A DNA stretch of 64,000 bases. It comes from Sphyrna mokarran. Its lineage: Eukaryota. The stretch lies in assembly GCA_024679065.1 (NCBI GenBank), contig JAGIQG010000005.1, positions 92,256,001-92,320,000 of the forward strand. Reading direction: 5' to 3'. Both the position numbers and the translations under genes were made by a program. Below are positions 51,790 to 63,174 of this stretch, piece by piece. The notes under the pieces were generated by a model. The model was not told the DNA's origin, did no database searches, and was given only the letters and a program-made list of their open reading frames with translations. Numbering within the stretch: the first letter of the stretch is position 1; the number at the start of each line of letters is the position of its first letter.

Positions 51790-52142
51790 TTCTTTATTCT
51801 TTCTGGTGATGTGGGTTTCACTGGCAAGGCCAGCATTTGTTGCTCATTTGTAATTAGTCTTGAACTGAACAGCCATTTCAGAGGGCAGTTAAGAATCAAC
51901 CACATTGCTGTGAATCTGGACTCACATGTAGGCCAGACCAGGTAAGGACAGCAGATTTCCTTTCCTAAAGGAAGTTAGTGAACCAGATGAGTTTTTAGAA
52001 CAATTGACAATGGTTATATGGTCATCAGTAGTCTTTTAGATTCAAATTCCAGCATCAGCCAAGATGGAATTTGACCCCAGATACCCAAAGCATTAGCCTG
52101 AGTCTCTGGATCATTAGTCCAGTGACAATATCACTACACCAC
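51790..52142 (-). mobile_element. second-family SINE
   Basis: Reverse complement of the 19222 type. Confidence 0.75.
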
Positions 52143-53632
52143 AATTTCTCAGATATCTCTCTGGCTATTTCAAGGGACAGCCCACCATAAGGAGAAAACA
52201 AGAATTGGTTGGATTTGTCAGGGAATGGCACAGGTTAACATCATCTGAATTTCACTGAAATGACTACAACTAAGTGACCAAGACAGGTATTTTTTGGAAT
52301 CTGGAAAAAGAGTCACTGGACCATTTCCATCTCCAGAATCAAGCTCTGCTACACAACTATCATCTTTCTCAATCCTTCCTTGCAGAAACATCTAGAAAGA
52401 ACACAAATTTATGAAGTAAGAGGCAGGAAGACTTTGGATAAGGAAATTGAAATTGGATACTGAACACAGCAGGACTATACAATGTAAGGACTAATAAATA
52501 CTCAAGTTTTTGTGATGTAAAGGAAGTTCAAGTATGAGCTGGAATGCCAATTTCATTTAGCTTGGAAATTGAGCTCGTGTGTGGAATATTATAAAATATC
52601 AACAGGAAAATTGTATTAATGGAAGTGATTAGGTCCTGAATAATGACTGCAGCAGTTGAGCAGTTTCTTAAATCGGAAATTCTTCTGAGTGGTCCTCTCT
52701 TCTTCAGCTTTCACTGTTTTGCTTTTCCTGGAAGATCTTTCATTGGCCCCCTGCTCAGGGCAAAGAGTGAAGGACACAGTCGGCAACAATGATCTCATTC
52801 CAGCCTTGACAAGATTATACAGTACAGTTTTCCTGTTTGATTCCAGCAATGGAATGCTGTTCGAGGTTTATTCCACAATAAGTAGGCTCGATGCCTAGCC
52901 ATATTGAAACTTTCATGAGCTCTTTGAGTCAAAGCTACAAGTTTGATAACGGTGGAAGATTTTCAATTATTACTCTCTCAAACAATTCCAGGTAGGTTGT
53001 TATATTCCATTGAATGTTTAGAAAACACCTTTCCAGAACACCCAGGAAACCCAGTCATAGACAATCCACTCAATGCTCAGGGGATAATTTTCACCTTTAC
53101 CATCTTGTGAAAAATTATCCTCATGTTATTGTTAGTATTAAACATGCAATGTGGAGCCATTAATGCAATGGCAGATACGGAAAGTATGAATTTACATCAG
53201 ATACTGGCTACTAGGCATAGAAGCCTATTGTCTTCTATGTGATCAAAGCTACTTTAACTTTTTGATATTGCTTTCTTTTGCACTCATTAAATAATGTTAG
53301 TGCTGGGAAATTAACGACATGCTTGATTTTCAGGTGGAGTGTGTCATCAGTCTGTCAACAAAGATACTCTGTTATTTTTAGGCCCTTACTTCTCTTAAAA
53401 CTGGCATTTAAGTGACAGAATGTCAGTCACCAGATTGAGGCCTGAAAAACGTATCAGTGCAGCTACCATCAAAGGAAGTGACAGAATATGGAGACAGTGG
53501 CATCAGCGAATAGAGGTCCTGGGGAAGCAGTGACCCAGGTTAATTATATGCAACCAGGGAAGTACATTTACTCCTCCATATAATAATTTGACATTTACCC
53601 TTGGCTGGTTTCTTCAGTTCCATTGCACTTGT

Positions 53633-53966
53633 GTGGGTGGCACAGTGGTTAGCATTGCTACTTCACAGCACTAGGGACCTGGGTTCGATTCCAGTCTTGG
53701 GTAACTGTGTGAAGTTTGTACGTTCTCCTGTGTCTGCGTTGGTTTCTTCCAGGTGCTCCAGTTCCCTCCCACCGTTCAAACATGTACAGGTTAGGAGTTT
53801 TGGCTATGTTAAATTGCCCTTTAGTGTCCCAAGATGGGTAGATTAGGGGGATTAATGGGGTAAAAACATGGTTATAGAGATAAGGCCTGAATGAGATGCT
53901 TTGTCAGAGAGTCGGTGAATGCTTAATGTGCTGAATGGCCTCCTTTTGCCTGTAGGGATTCTATGA
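53633..53966 (+). mobile_element. HE1-like SINE
   Basis: Head, GGGTTCGATTCC B-box, core, GGATTCTATGA tail. Confidence 0.88.
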
Positions 53967-55837
53967 TGGAGTATTCTGATAGTTTAAATCTAAATTGGCA
54001 ACTGGGGTCCTACTTATGTCATAGACCTCCTACTCTCATATTGAAAGTGAAATTCTCCTTGAATACATAGGTTTGGGTGTGTGGATATAGACTCCTTTTC
54101 AAAAGAATGTAAATCACTTTATTGGTCTTAACACACAGTAAAGCGATTGAAACTGTTACCAGCTCTTTATTGACATGCAAAGTGCATCTAAATTGACCCC
54201 TTACTGTCAGTATTAAGGTCAGGTATAGCTCAACCATACACAGAAAACAAATCCTTAGAGACTGTAGAGTATCAACAAGCATAGATGAAGCTTTTGTTTC
54301 TATGTTCCACAGCAGCAACCCTGAGGCCACTCTGTATGAGGGTACCAATTAGGAAGGGAGTTTTGCTTTCTGTAGGTGCACCTACTGGGATATGGATTGA
54401 AAGCAACCAAAAGTCAATTAATTCACTTTGCAACCTCATAGCCAGCAAGTTTGAACTGGACTCAAACCCAAGTACTGGAGAAGAGGCCCGTGCCTAAATA
54501 GGAATGGCCACAGTTCCCCAGATGTTGTCATATTTAATCAATACCAACAACTTTGTAAGGTTGGTGCCAATAAAGTCAAATAGTACCTGCTGTTTGGCAT
54601 GTTGTGTGAAATATATATTTTTAAAGATTACGGACCCATTTTGGAATAAATACGGCACGGTACGTGAGGATTGCAATCGATGTTAGATTTGATTTGATTA
54701 CTGAACAGCAAAATCAGATTTTTGTAAAACTTCTGAACGGAAATGAAATGTTAAATGTCATTTTAAAAAAATGGCATGTTTCACAGACAGTCTCAGAGGT
54801 GATTAGAATGGTCTGAGAATTAAATGAACATTCATAAAAAAAGCTGCTACTGAAACTCAAATATCAGAAAAAATCTTAAAAGCTGAGAGAGAAAAAAGAC
54901 ACAGAGTGAACTCTTCAGCTCTCAGGAATGTATTGCAAGCTCTTTCTTGAGCTTTACTGCCAAACACCCAGCAGAATTTACAAGGCACCTGTAGATCTAT
55001 GGTGAGGGAAACCAGGTATCGATCAAGTTTTCAGCACTGCCGTGTGCCTAAATTATGAACACCGTCAATGCCACATTTTATAAATCTTGCCATGTATTTA
55101 GTGCATCCATCTCTGAACTGACAGCATCGAGCAAGACAGTGTGCCTGACATGTACGAATTAAAGGCAGCAAGGTCAGACTGGAAATAATGAATCATCTGT
55201 TCCACCATTTGTAGCCGTGTCAATATAAAACCAAATTAATTCTGAAATGACTCATTGTGGTGTTTCCTGCCCAAACAGTTTTTGCAGAGAGGAAATCCTA
55301 TTTAAAGGTATACCTTTAAATGAGGTTAAATGGGCAAGATTTCCTATGCCATATATGTGACAAATGTAATTGTTTTTTTTAAGTCTGCAAGCTATTTGTA
55401 GAATGCCGTGGGAGGTCTCTTCATGCATGTCAAAAATACTTTGTCAGTTGATGGCAGCTAAACTTTGCAGCAGATCATTTGTCAGTTAGAATCTAACCGA
55501 ATGGAAACCTTCAAGTGTTGGAGGCGACTTGAGAAAATGAGGTGTTTAAGGTTAGCCTGATAATAAATACTTAGAGAACATGATACACACAAACAAAAAT
55601 CAGAATTTACAATTGACCTTTCAATCACCCATGTTCTTGCATTTCCTGAATTAAAGAACCTTCGGTCTGATTTTTATGAGTCTGCTGTGACACTTCTAGA
55701 CGATTGTGACAGAAATTTAGGATTACAGTCAGAAAATATTTTGAGTTATATCCCTAGATTTGTTGTGACTGGGAAACAATAAGAAGCTTCCTGAAACGTT
55801 AGATAAGAAATACACTATGGTGAGTGCCACAGATAAC

Positions 55838-55964
55838 AGGTGAAATTTTTCAACTGTGCTTGCCCCAAAATCAGAAAATCCCACCCAAGGACAACGGATG
55901 TTTGCATGATCCATCCCCCGCCCACTATGATTCCCATGGCGGGCAGAACGGAAAAATTCCCCCC
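55838..55964. mobile_element. short MITE
   Basis: GGTGAAATTTTTC..GAAAAATTCCCCC inverted ends; a reverse-oriented relative lies at 59483-59620. Confidence 0.55.
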
Positions 55965-55984
55965 AATCTGTTATCTGTGGGAGC

Positions 55985-56562
55985 AACCTGGCATGATGGT
56001 AATGTCACCGGACTCTTAGCCCAATGGCCCAGCTAATATTCGAGGGGTATATGTTTAAATTCCACCATGGCCATTGGTAGAAATTAAATTCAGTGTGGAA
56101 TTGCTAAGAAGTCTATCAGTGATTGTTGTTTTAAAAAAAAAGCCCCATCTGATTTAAGATTGCGTTTTAGGGAAAGAAATCTGCTCTTCTTACATGGTCT
56201 GAACTACATGTAAATCTAAGTCCACATCCATGTGGTAGACTCTTAACTGCCCTCTAAAATAGCCTGGCAAGCCATTCAGTTCAAGCAATTAAAGATGAAC
56301 AATAAATGCTGGCCTTGCTGATAAAGCTTACACTCCATAGAAAAAAGAAGGAAATACCAGTGATTATGAAACTATAATAAGGTTTATAAAAACATATCTG
56401 GTTCACTAATGTCCTTTGGGAAAGAAATCTGCCCTCCTTATCAGGTCTGGCTGACATGTAACTCTAGTTCCAGAGCAATGTGTTTGACTCTTAACTGCCC
56501 TTAGAAATGGCAAGCTACTCAATTCAAGAGCAAATAGGAGTGGGAAAGAAATGCTGGCCTTT
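55985..56562 (+). mobile_element. second-family SINE followed by a tandem partial copy
   Basis: GGGAAAGAAATCTGC..ACATGTAA..GACTCTTAACTGCCCT occurs twice (~56170 and ~56418). Confidence 0.7.
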
Positions 56563-56817
56563 TAAAATTTAAAGCAATTGACATGATACTATGGGCTGAT
56601 TCTGATGGTAAACAGAACTGGCATGGAACCAAGGAATCCTGCTTTTGCAGGGCCTGTTACTATTTGAGACCTAATGGTATATTTGACTCGTACACTTTCC
56701 CTTCATTGAAACGAGTGCTGGCCGAAACAATAAATAAAATGAAAGTTTTAGTTTCGTAAGTTGTTTGTGACAAACAGATAAATGGCAGATTAATATAATA
56801 ATCTGGTCATAATTGAC

Positions 56818-57115
56818 TAGAATCCCTTGAATGCAGAAGGAGGTCATTTGACCCCTCGAACCTGAACCGACAACAATCCCACCCTTTTCCTGTAACCTCA
56901 TGTATTTACCCTGTACTCCTCCTGACACTAGCATTGTCAATCAACCTGATCTGCACATCTTTAGACTGTGAGGGGAAACTGGAGCTCCGAGGGGAAACCT
57001 GCACAGACATGAAGAGAACATGCAAACTCCACACAGTCACTTGAGGCCTGAATTGAACCCGAGTCTCTGGCACTGTGAGGCAGCAGTGCTAGCCATTGTG
57101 CCACCATGCTGCCCT
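56818..57115 (-). mobile_element. HE1-like SINE
   Basis: Reverse head, core and tail. Confidence 0.88.
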
Positions 57116-58240
57116 TAAGTTATGAAATGCTGAAGATTCAAGCTATTCTTAATATAGAAATAGGCCAACAAAGTCACAAATTTAAGAGATATATGATGAA
57201 TTATGAATCTCTAGAACTTGTTGGCTGAATAATGTCACCCGACTGTTTGCTTTGCTCAAACTCATCTAGCCTTTGGCCTTCTGTTAATGTTAAGAACTTG
57301 TTAAATGACACATTTTTGTCCATTAAACTTGCTACAGGAAGTTGTTTAGCAATTAAAGGCATAGGTACCTTTTTAACAACACGATAATTGTCAGTGCAAC
57401 CAATCAACATCTCTGTCCCAGAAAGGGAAATTTTTAAAGTATGTTTCCCACAAGTAGTAAATTATTTTAATTAAAATTTTTGTAGCTTTTCCTACCTTTC
57501 CTTTCTATCTTTTCTCTCTCCTTCTCTCAGTTCAATCTTTCATTCTCATCTTTACTTTTTTTTCTGTACAAGTTTTGACTCTAAACTCTCGCTTTATCTC
57601 CATCAATCCCCTGTTTCTCCCTCAATCCTTAAATCTCATTGGTTAAGGAGAATTGTTACCTGTTCCATGATTCTGGTTGCCCCTGTTATCAGCTTACACT
57701 CCCAGAAACCTATAGAGAAAAGACCTGCTAACACAAGTGCAGGAAAATATCTAACTAACATGGCATTCTGTAACATTCCTATTCTTAGAATACTGTAATC
57801 TAAAGAGAATTTGCATCCTACAGGCAGAATTTTACCATGATTTGTCAGACTGTCAGGCTCTGACTAAAATTGGCATGCATTTCTCCAAATGCACAGTAAG
57901 TTTACAGACCATAATATCTGGCATTCTGACAAAAGAAACCTGAGAATGTGGTTTACACCATCAGTCTGGGGGTTGGGGCGTGATAGAACCAGCAAGTTCG
58001 GCTCCACAGATATAGAGGTGCCATCTTTAAAGGGCACCCTAATCAGCAAAGAGTTCTAAATTCCTCCAGCAGCCTCATCTGTTCCCCTCACCCCAACAAA
58101 AAGCTATCAGAGGCTCTTCCCCACCTCTTGTCCCCACTCCACCATTGATAGCAACCACTACAGAATATCATTGGTGCTCTCCCCTCAATAAGAAGTCTGA
58201 CAACACCAGTTTAAATGCAACCAATTTATTTGATAGTACC

Positions 58241-58282
58241 CTCGCAAGTTTTCAACTCTATGGCCTTCGTCAGGCGAATGAG
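58241..58282 (-). ncRNA. minimal hammerhead ribozyme motif (minus strand)
   Basis: TTCGC-CTGACGA-AGGCCATAGAGTT-GAAA-AC-TT-GCGAG; helix I (TTCGC/GCGAG) pairs. Confidence 0.65.
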
Positions 58283-58340
58283 ACGTTCTAGTCTCTCTCC
58301 AACAGCACACATACCAGCACAGTGTGAGAGACCAGAACAC

Positions 58341-58382
58341 CTCATTCACCTGATGAAGGCCATAGAGTCGAAAGCTTGCGAG
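58341..58382 (+). ncRNA. minimal hammerhead ribozyme motif (plus strand)
   Basis: TTCAC-CTGATGA-AGGCCATAGAGTC-GAAA-GC-TT-GCGAG; palindromic AAGCTT where helix III would lie. Confidence 0.7.
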
Positions 58383-58999
58383 TTTACTATCAAATAAATC
58401 GGTTGCATTTAAACTGGTGTTGTCAGACTTCTTACTGTGTTTACCCCAGTCCAACGCCAGCATCTCCACATCATGACTGCTCTCCCCTCAATGCTAGGTG
58501 TCCCTCACTGCTGGTATCACCCTTCAATGTCCATTCCCCCCCACGAGTGCAAGTTTCCCCTTACTACCTGATCCCTCCTCACTACCAGCTACCCCCTGTG
58601 ACTGCAAGTTTCCTCCTTACGACCCAATCCTTCCTCACTATCCATTACCCCCTGTGACTGCAAGGTCTGTCTTTGAATTGCCGCATTCCTGTCACTTCCA
58701 AGTCCCCCCTTCAAAGATCTCAGCGATCCCTCCACCCACCAAACATAACGGGAAACTCACCCCTCCAAATGGGCTCCCAAGCTTTGCTGGGACAGTGCTA
58801 ACCTGTGCCTGAGAGCAGTGCCAACCTGTGCTGGGGCAGTGCCAATCTGTGTGGGCACGCTCCTCTCCCCCCACGGGCTATACTTTGCACCCCTGGGAGG
58901 ATGGAGGGGAATTTCCTTGACCGATTCATGCCTCCATATATCTGTTATCACCTTTGCCGACATGACGTCACATTTCTGAAGCATGAATATTAAGTAATT

Positions 59000-59023
59000 G
59001 GGGGGGGGGGGGGGGGGGGGGGG
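59000..59023 (+). repeat. poly-G run (24 nt)
   Basis: Seen directly; a G14 run lies at 6127-6140. Confidence 0.9.
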
Positions 59024-59052
59024 TCATTTGGCGAGGGCTCGTTCATAATATT

Positions 59053-59215
59053 CATAGAATCGTAGAATACCTACAGTGCAGAAAGAGACTTTTTAGCCCA
59101 TCAAGCCTGGACTCAGGCCCACTCCCATAAGTGCACTTATTTACTCTGCTAAGCTCCTTGATACTAAGGGTCAAATTAGCATGGCCAATCAACCTAACCT
59201 ACACATCTTTGGACA
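59053..59215 (-). mobile_element. HE1-like SINE 3' half
   Basis: CATAGAATCGTAGAAT tail; TTAGCATGGCCAATCAACCTAACC. Confidence 0.8.
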
Positions 59216-59929
59216 ATATTAAAATTTATTTGTATCTATTACAATTAGCTCCTTACTCCTGGTGGGTGGGAATATTGGTGAAGAGTGTGGAAAATCGGGA
59301 AATGCGTTCGACCTTTGCCAACGAGAATTGCATTTTCCAATTCTCACAGGATTTTGCATCTGCATTGCTATTCTTACTAGTAACTAACACGGGCTCAAAA
59401 TTCCACCCAAAGTATATCTTTCTTCCTCAGATATTTAGTTGAACTTCTATGTATTTCCATGTATTTTACAAGGACATGGAGAGGGGGTAGTTTTCCTATC
59501 ACACCCACCATGGGAATGGTAGCCGGGGCCGGGGTGGTTGTGGGCAGACCATGCAAAGGTCCCTTCATCTCATGTGGGACTTTCCAGTTTTGTGGCAAGA
59601 CCGGCCAAAAAATACCTGCCAAGATCTCTGCATAGGATGAGACCATGAGGCACATTGAGTCTGCTCAACAATTCAGAAAGATAATAGTGAACGTTTATTC
59701 TCCAGCCTGAGCCCCATGTCCCTTGATTCCCCTAATATCAGATTTGAATATACAGGACTGAGCAACCATAGTCATCCAAAGAACAGCATTCGAAAGATTC
59801 ATTCAGCTGGCATTCATTTCAATGAAGGAAAGGTGGAAGAGTCAAAAATACCCTCTTTCTATCCTCCTCAGTGCTTAAATTCCCATTTAAATTTGGATCA
59901 TCGGCAAACTTGAATAAATCACAATTGGG

Positions 59930-60750
59930 ACCATTGTTTGACGCCTGTCTTCGGGTGCAAAAACGTGGTAAAGTTGGATGTGAGGCCGTTACCGTGATCC
60001 GCGCTGGCGTCCACACAGATTGCCACTTTATTGCAACCCGGGAATGACAGTGATTCAATTTGCTCCCAAAACGGGCACAACGGCAATTTACATGTATTTG
60101 CATGCATTTAAATTAAATTAATGAACTGCCCACCCAACTTTATCAGCATTTCCCCATTTACTATCCCATTTGCCAATCCAGAACTGTGCCGTAATGGACC
60201 TGCTAAATAAAAGTCTAAATTGGACGCAGTAGCTGCTGAAGAGCACGTTCAGAGCTTCCAATAGCTCTCTGACTCAGATCAGTGGTGTGGGGGAAGGAGG
60301 GAGCCGGGTCAAATCATTCTCTGGAGGGGGGGAGGGAGAGTGAGGCCAGATCGTTGTCTGGTTGGGGATGGAAAGAGGAAGAGATGGGGCTGATGTATCT
60401 CAAAAGGTGGTAAGGGGGAGGGCTGATCATTGTTTGGTGGGGAGGGAGGAGGAGGCGGATCAGATGTTCCTCTGGGGGCTGGGGTGAGTGAGGCCAGGCC
60501 ATTCTCAGAGACGGGGTGGGGAGATGAGTGAGGCCAGATTGTTGTCTGGGGGAGGGGTGTGTGAGTGAGGCCAGACCATTCCCTGGGGTTCCAGAGGGGG
60601 ACTGAGGCCAGGTCGTTGTTTGGGGGAGGGGAGAGGAGGGAGTTCCGATGGCTCACTGATGCGGGTGGGGCAGATGGGAGTCCATTAATGGGGAGGTCAG
60701 ATGTATCTCTGATTGGGGGGGCAGGGATGGGAGTCTTTTTTTCAGCAAGT
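59930..60750 (-). mobile_element. Harbinger subterminal fragment with internal G-rich tandem repeats
   Basis: GCATGCATTTAAATTAAATTAATGAACTG resembles the reverse complement of 32454-32483; GAGTGAGGCCAGA units recur over 60337-60612. Confidence 0.65.
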
Positions 60751-60959
60751 TCTGTACTGCCAGATGACTATTTAAAATAGTGACTGCTTAGAAAGAAAAT
60801 AATGTAAATTGAGAGTCAAGGAGCTTACTGTTGACAATAGTTCATCTGAATGGTGTTATTTTGGCTTTGCATGTGGCCTGGGGTAATTTATTGATTTTGT
60901 GTTCCTAATGGGAAATCTTTTTTCAAGCAATAATGGTGGAAGTGTGTACCATGTACGAG

Positions 60960-61305
60960 ATGTACGACAGGAGCTCACCAAGACTCCTTAGAAAGCACCC
61001 TCTAAACCCATGATCTCTAACATCTAGAAGGACAAAGGCAGCAGATAGATGGGAACACCACCACTTGAAGATTCCACTCCAAGTCATCCACGATCCTGAT
61101 TTGGAAATATATTGTCATTCCTCCACTGTTGCTGGGTCAAAATCCTGGAACTCTCACTAACTGCATGTGGGTATTGCTGCACCACATGGACTACAGCACT
61201 TCAAAAAGGTAGTTCACCACCATCTTCTCTAGGGCAATTAGGGATGGGCAATACATGTTGGCCTATATCCCATGAAAACCCACATCCCATGAGTGAATTT
61301 TAAAA
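60960..61305 (+). mobile_element. LINE (CR1/L2 group) 3' end sharing its tail with the second SINE family
   Basis: SPRLLRKHPLNP-like end of ORF; tail GGGCAATTAGGGATGGGCAATA..CCCACATCCCATGA. Confidence 0.65.
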
Positions 61306-61347
61306 ATCAAAGTTTGCCTGCCCGGTTTGAATTTGAACCTAGCTGGA

Positions 61348-62303
61348 CAGTTAACTGTTCCATGCTGCATTTTCAATGGCAATGTGCCTCCACCGATCAG
61401 AGTCCACTCAGTCTGCATTCTCTTCTCATGTAATATCTTTTTGTTAGTTTTTTTTTGTGAGCTGTCTCAGTGAGTGCAAGACAAAAAGCTTTGATAGCAT
61501 GTCTCTTTTTCTCATCCATACCCAAGTGACAATTTTATAAAATATTATCCATCTCTAACTGCCCTTGAACTGAGTAGCTTGCTGGGCCATTTCAGAAAAT
61601 ACATTGCTAATGCCCACATCCTACCAATGAATTTTTAAAAATATTTTCTCGGATTTGCCAATGCATTGCAAATTTATCTAAGTTTTTCCCTCTATTAGAA
61701 ACTGCTTTCATGAAGGGCATTAACTCTTTTATTTCACATTCTTGCTTCTATTTCTATTGGTGTTAATGTTCCTTTCTAGTTTCTGTAGTTGGAATCTTAT
61801 CAACCTTCATGTCAGTGGGATGTTCCCATCCTGCTGCAGTGAACGGAGATTTGGCTGGCTGCCAAATCCTCTAATTTCACTGCAGTGGAAGCGTGGCGCA
61901 CACCGCCAGTAAAATCATGGCCAGTGTCTTTTCTTAATTTGTTTGAAATCTCTTCTGTCTTTGTTGGAGTTACCATTTTCATTTCTCATGCTATCCTTCT
62001 TATTTTAAGTGTGCCTTTTCATCCTCCCTTCACTTGGTTGAGTGATTTTGCTCTCTAACTTAGTCGGAATTACTCTTCCCTCCAGTTCTTTGTTTTTTAA
62101 AAATAATTTTAGGAATGTAAGTGTTCCTGGCAATGGCAGCAATCCCTAATTGTCCTTGAAAAGAAATATGCTATCAAAGCTTTTTGTCTTGCACTCACTG
62201 ATGTAGCTCACAAAAAAACGAACAATTGATATGGCATGAGAAGAGAATGCTGATTGAGTGGAGGCACATTGCCATTGAGAATGCAGCACAGAACAGTTAA
62301 CTG
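61348..62303. repeat. inverted repeat pair (61348-61508 and 62159-62303), probably Penelope-type ends
   Basis: 34 nt perfect inverted match at 61467-61500 / 62168-62201, plus flanking similarity. Confidence 0.8.
61788..61922. mobile_element. hairpin-forming MITE
   Basis: CTGCAGTGAA..GAGATTTGGC-TGGCT-GCCAAATCCTC..TTCACTGCAG; ends GGAATCTTA and TAAAATCATGGCC. Confidence 0.6.
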
Positions 62304-63174
62304 ACCATATCTCTGTGGGTGTGCATGAAGTACACAGACATCAGTGGTTCCTCCAGGGAACGACTTCTGTCTGTGTACTGCACACACACCCACAGAGCTA
62401 TCTTCCTGTAGCAGCTAGCTCAGCCATTTCAGAGGTCAGTTAAAAATCAACCATTTTGTTATGAGTTTAAATTCACATGTGGACCAGAACGGCTAAGGAC
62501 TGTAGATTCACCAAGAGCCTAACAATCTGGTAGTTTCCGGTAGTTATTAGACATAAATTTTATTCCAATTTTATTCATTACTGTCACTCTGCTGATAAGT
62601 GACATTTGAACTAATTGACTTCAGAATTTGAGCTGAGGCCTTGGATTTTACTAGGTCAGCAATATTATCACTAAACTCCATTCTCTCTATGTCTCATCTT
62701 GGTGACCCTATCCCTACCATTTAACTCTATTGGGTTCCTCTCTGTCTTTAACTAATTTTTGTTGGAATAACTCCTCTTTCTAATATCTTTGCCAGAGTGA
62801 TTCTTCTCTCTCTGGTATTTACCTCTACCTTTTATCTTTGTTGGAGTGACTCCTTTCTCTATCTCACCCTTGTTGTATTAATCCTCTTTCTGTCTTCACT
62901 TTGCCAAACTGACTCCCCTCTTTACCTCTTTTCATTGCTGGTGCATCACCTTTTCCTTCCTGGAGAAAGTTATTGCCTCCTCTTTTCCCAAATCCCACAT
63001 CTGTCTTGTACCATTGGGTGTACGACCCTTCAATTCGGCATCTCTCTGTATCTCTCATCTCTCTTCCTACATTTTCAATCATTCTCTATATTTGCTTAAT
63101 ATGTTGTCTGCCTCCACTTCTCATGTATGGTGGAAGAAGCATTAACAAAGATTGGTAAGCAGACTATCATTTTT

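Larger units (their letters stand above)
58190..58477. mobile_element. palindromic Penelope-like insertion with two opposed hammerhead motifs
   Basis: 15 bp direct repeat TGCTCTCCCCTCAAT at 58175-58189 and 58478-58492; inverted arms 58190-58297 and 58326-58433. Confidence 0.9.

Noticed and set aside
52616-52898. Overlapping ORFs as a host exon
   Set aside because: No convincing splice boundaries in an open frame and no recognisable motif.
57823-59407. Single Harbinger-type element spanning GGCAGAATTTTACC to AAAATTCCACCC
   Set aside because: End match is short and no TSD is evident, so boundaries cannot be supported.
60337-60612. Repeated GAGTGAGGCCAGA units as a CRISPR-like array
   Set aside because: Irregular spacing, low-complexity related spacers, and location inside a transposon arm.
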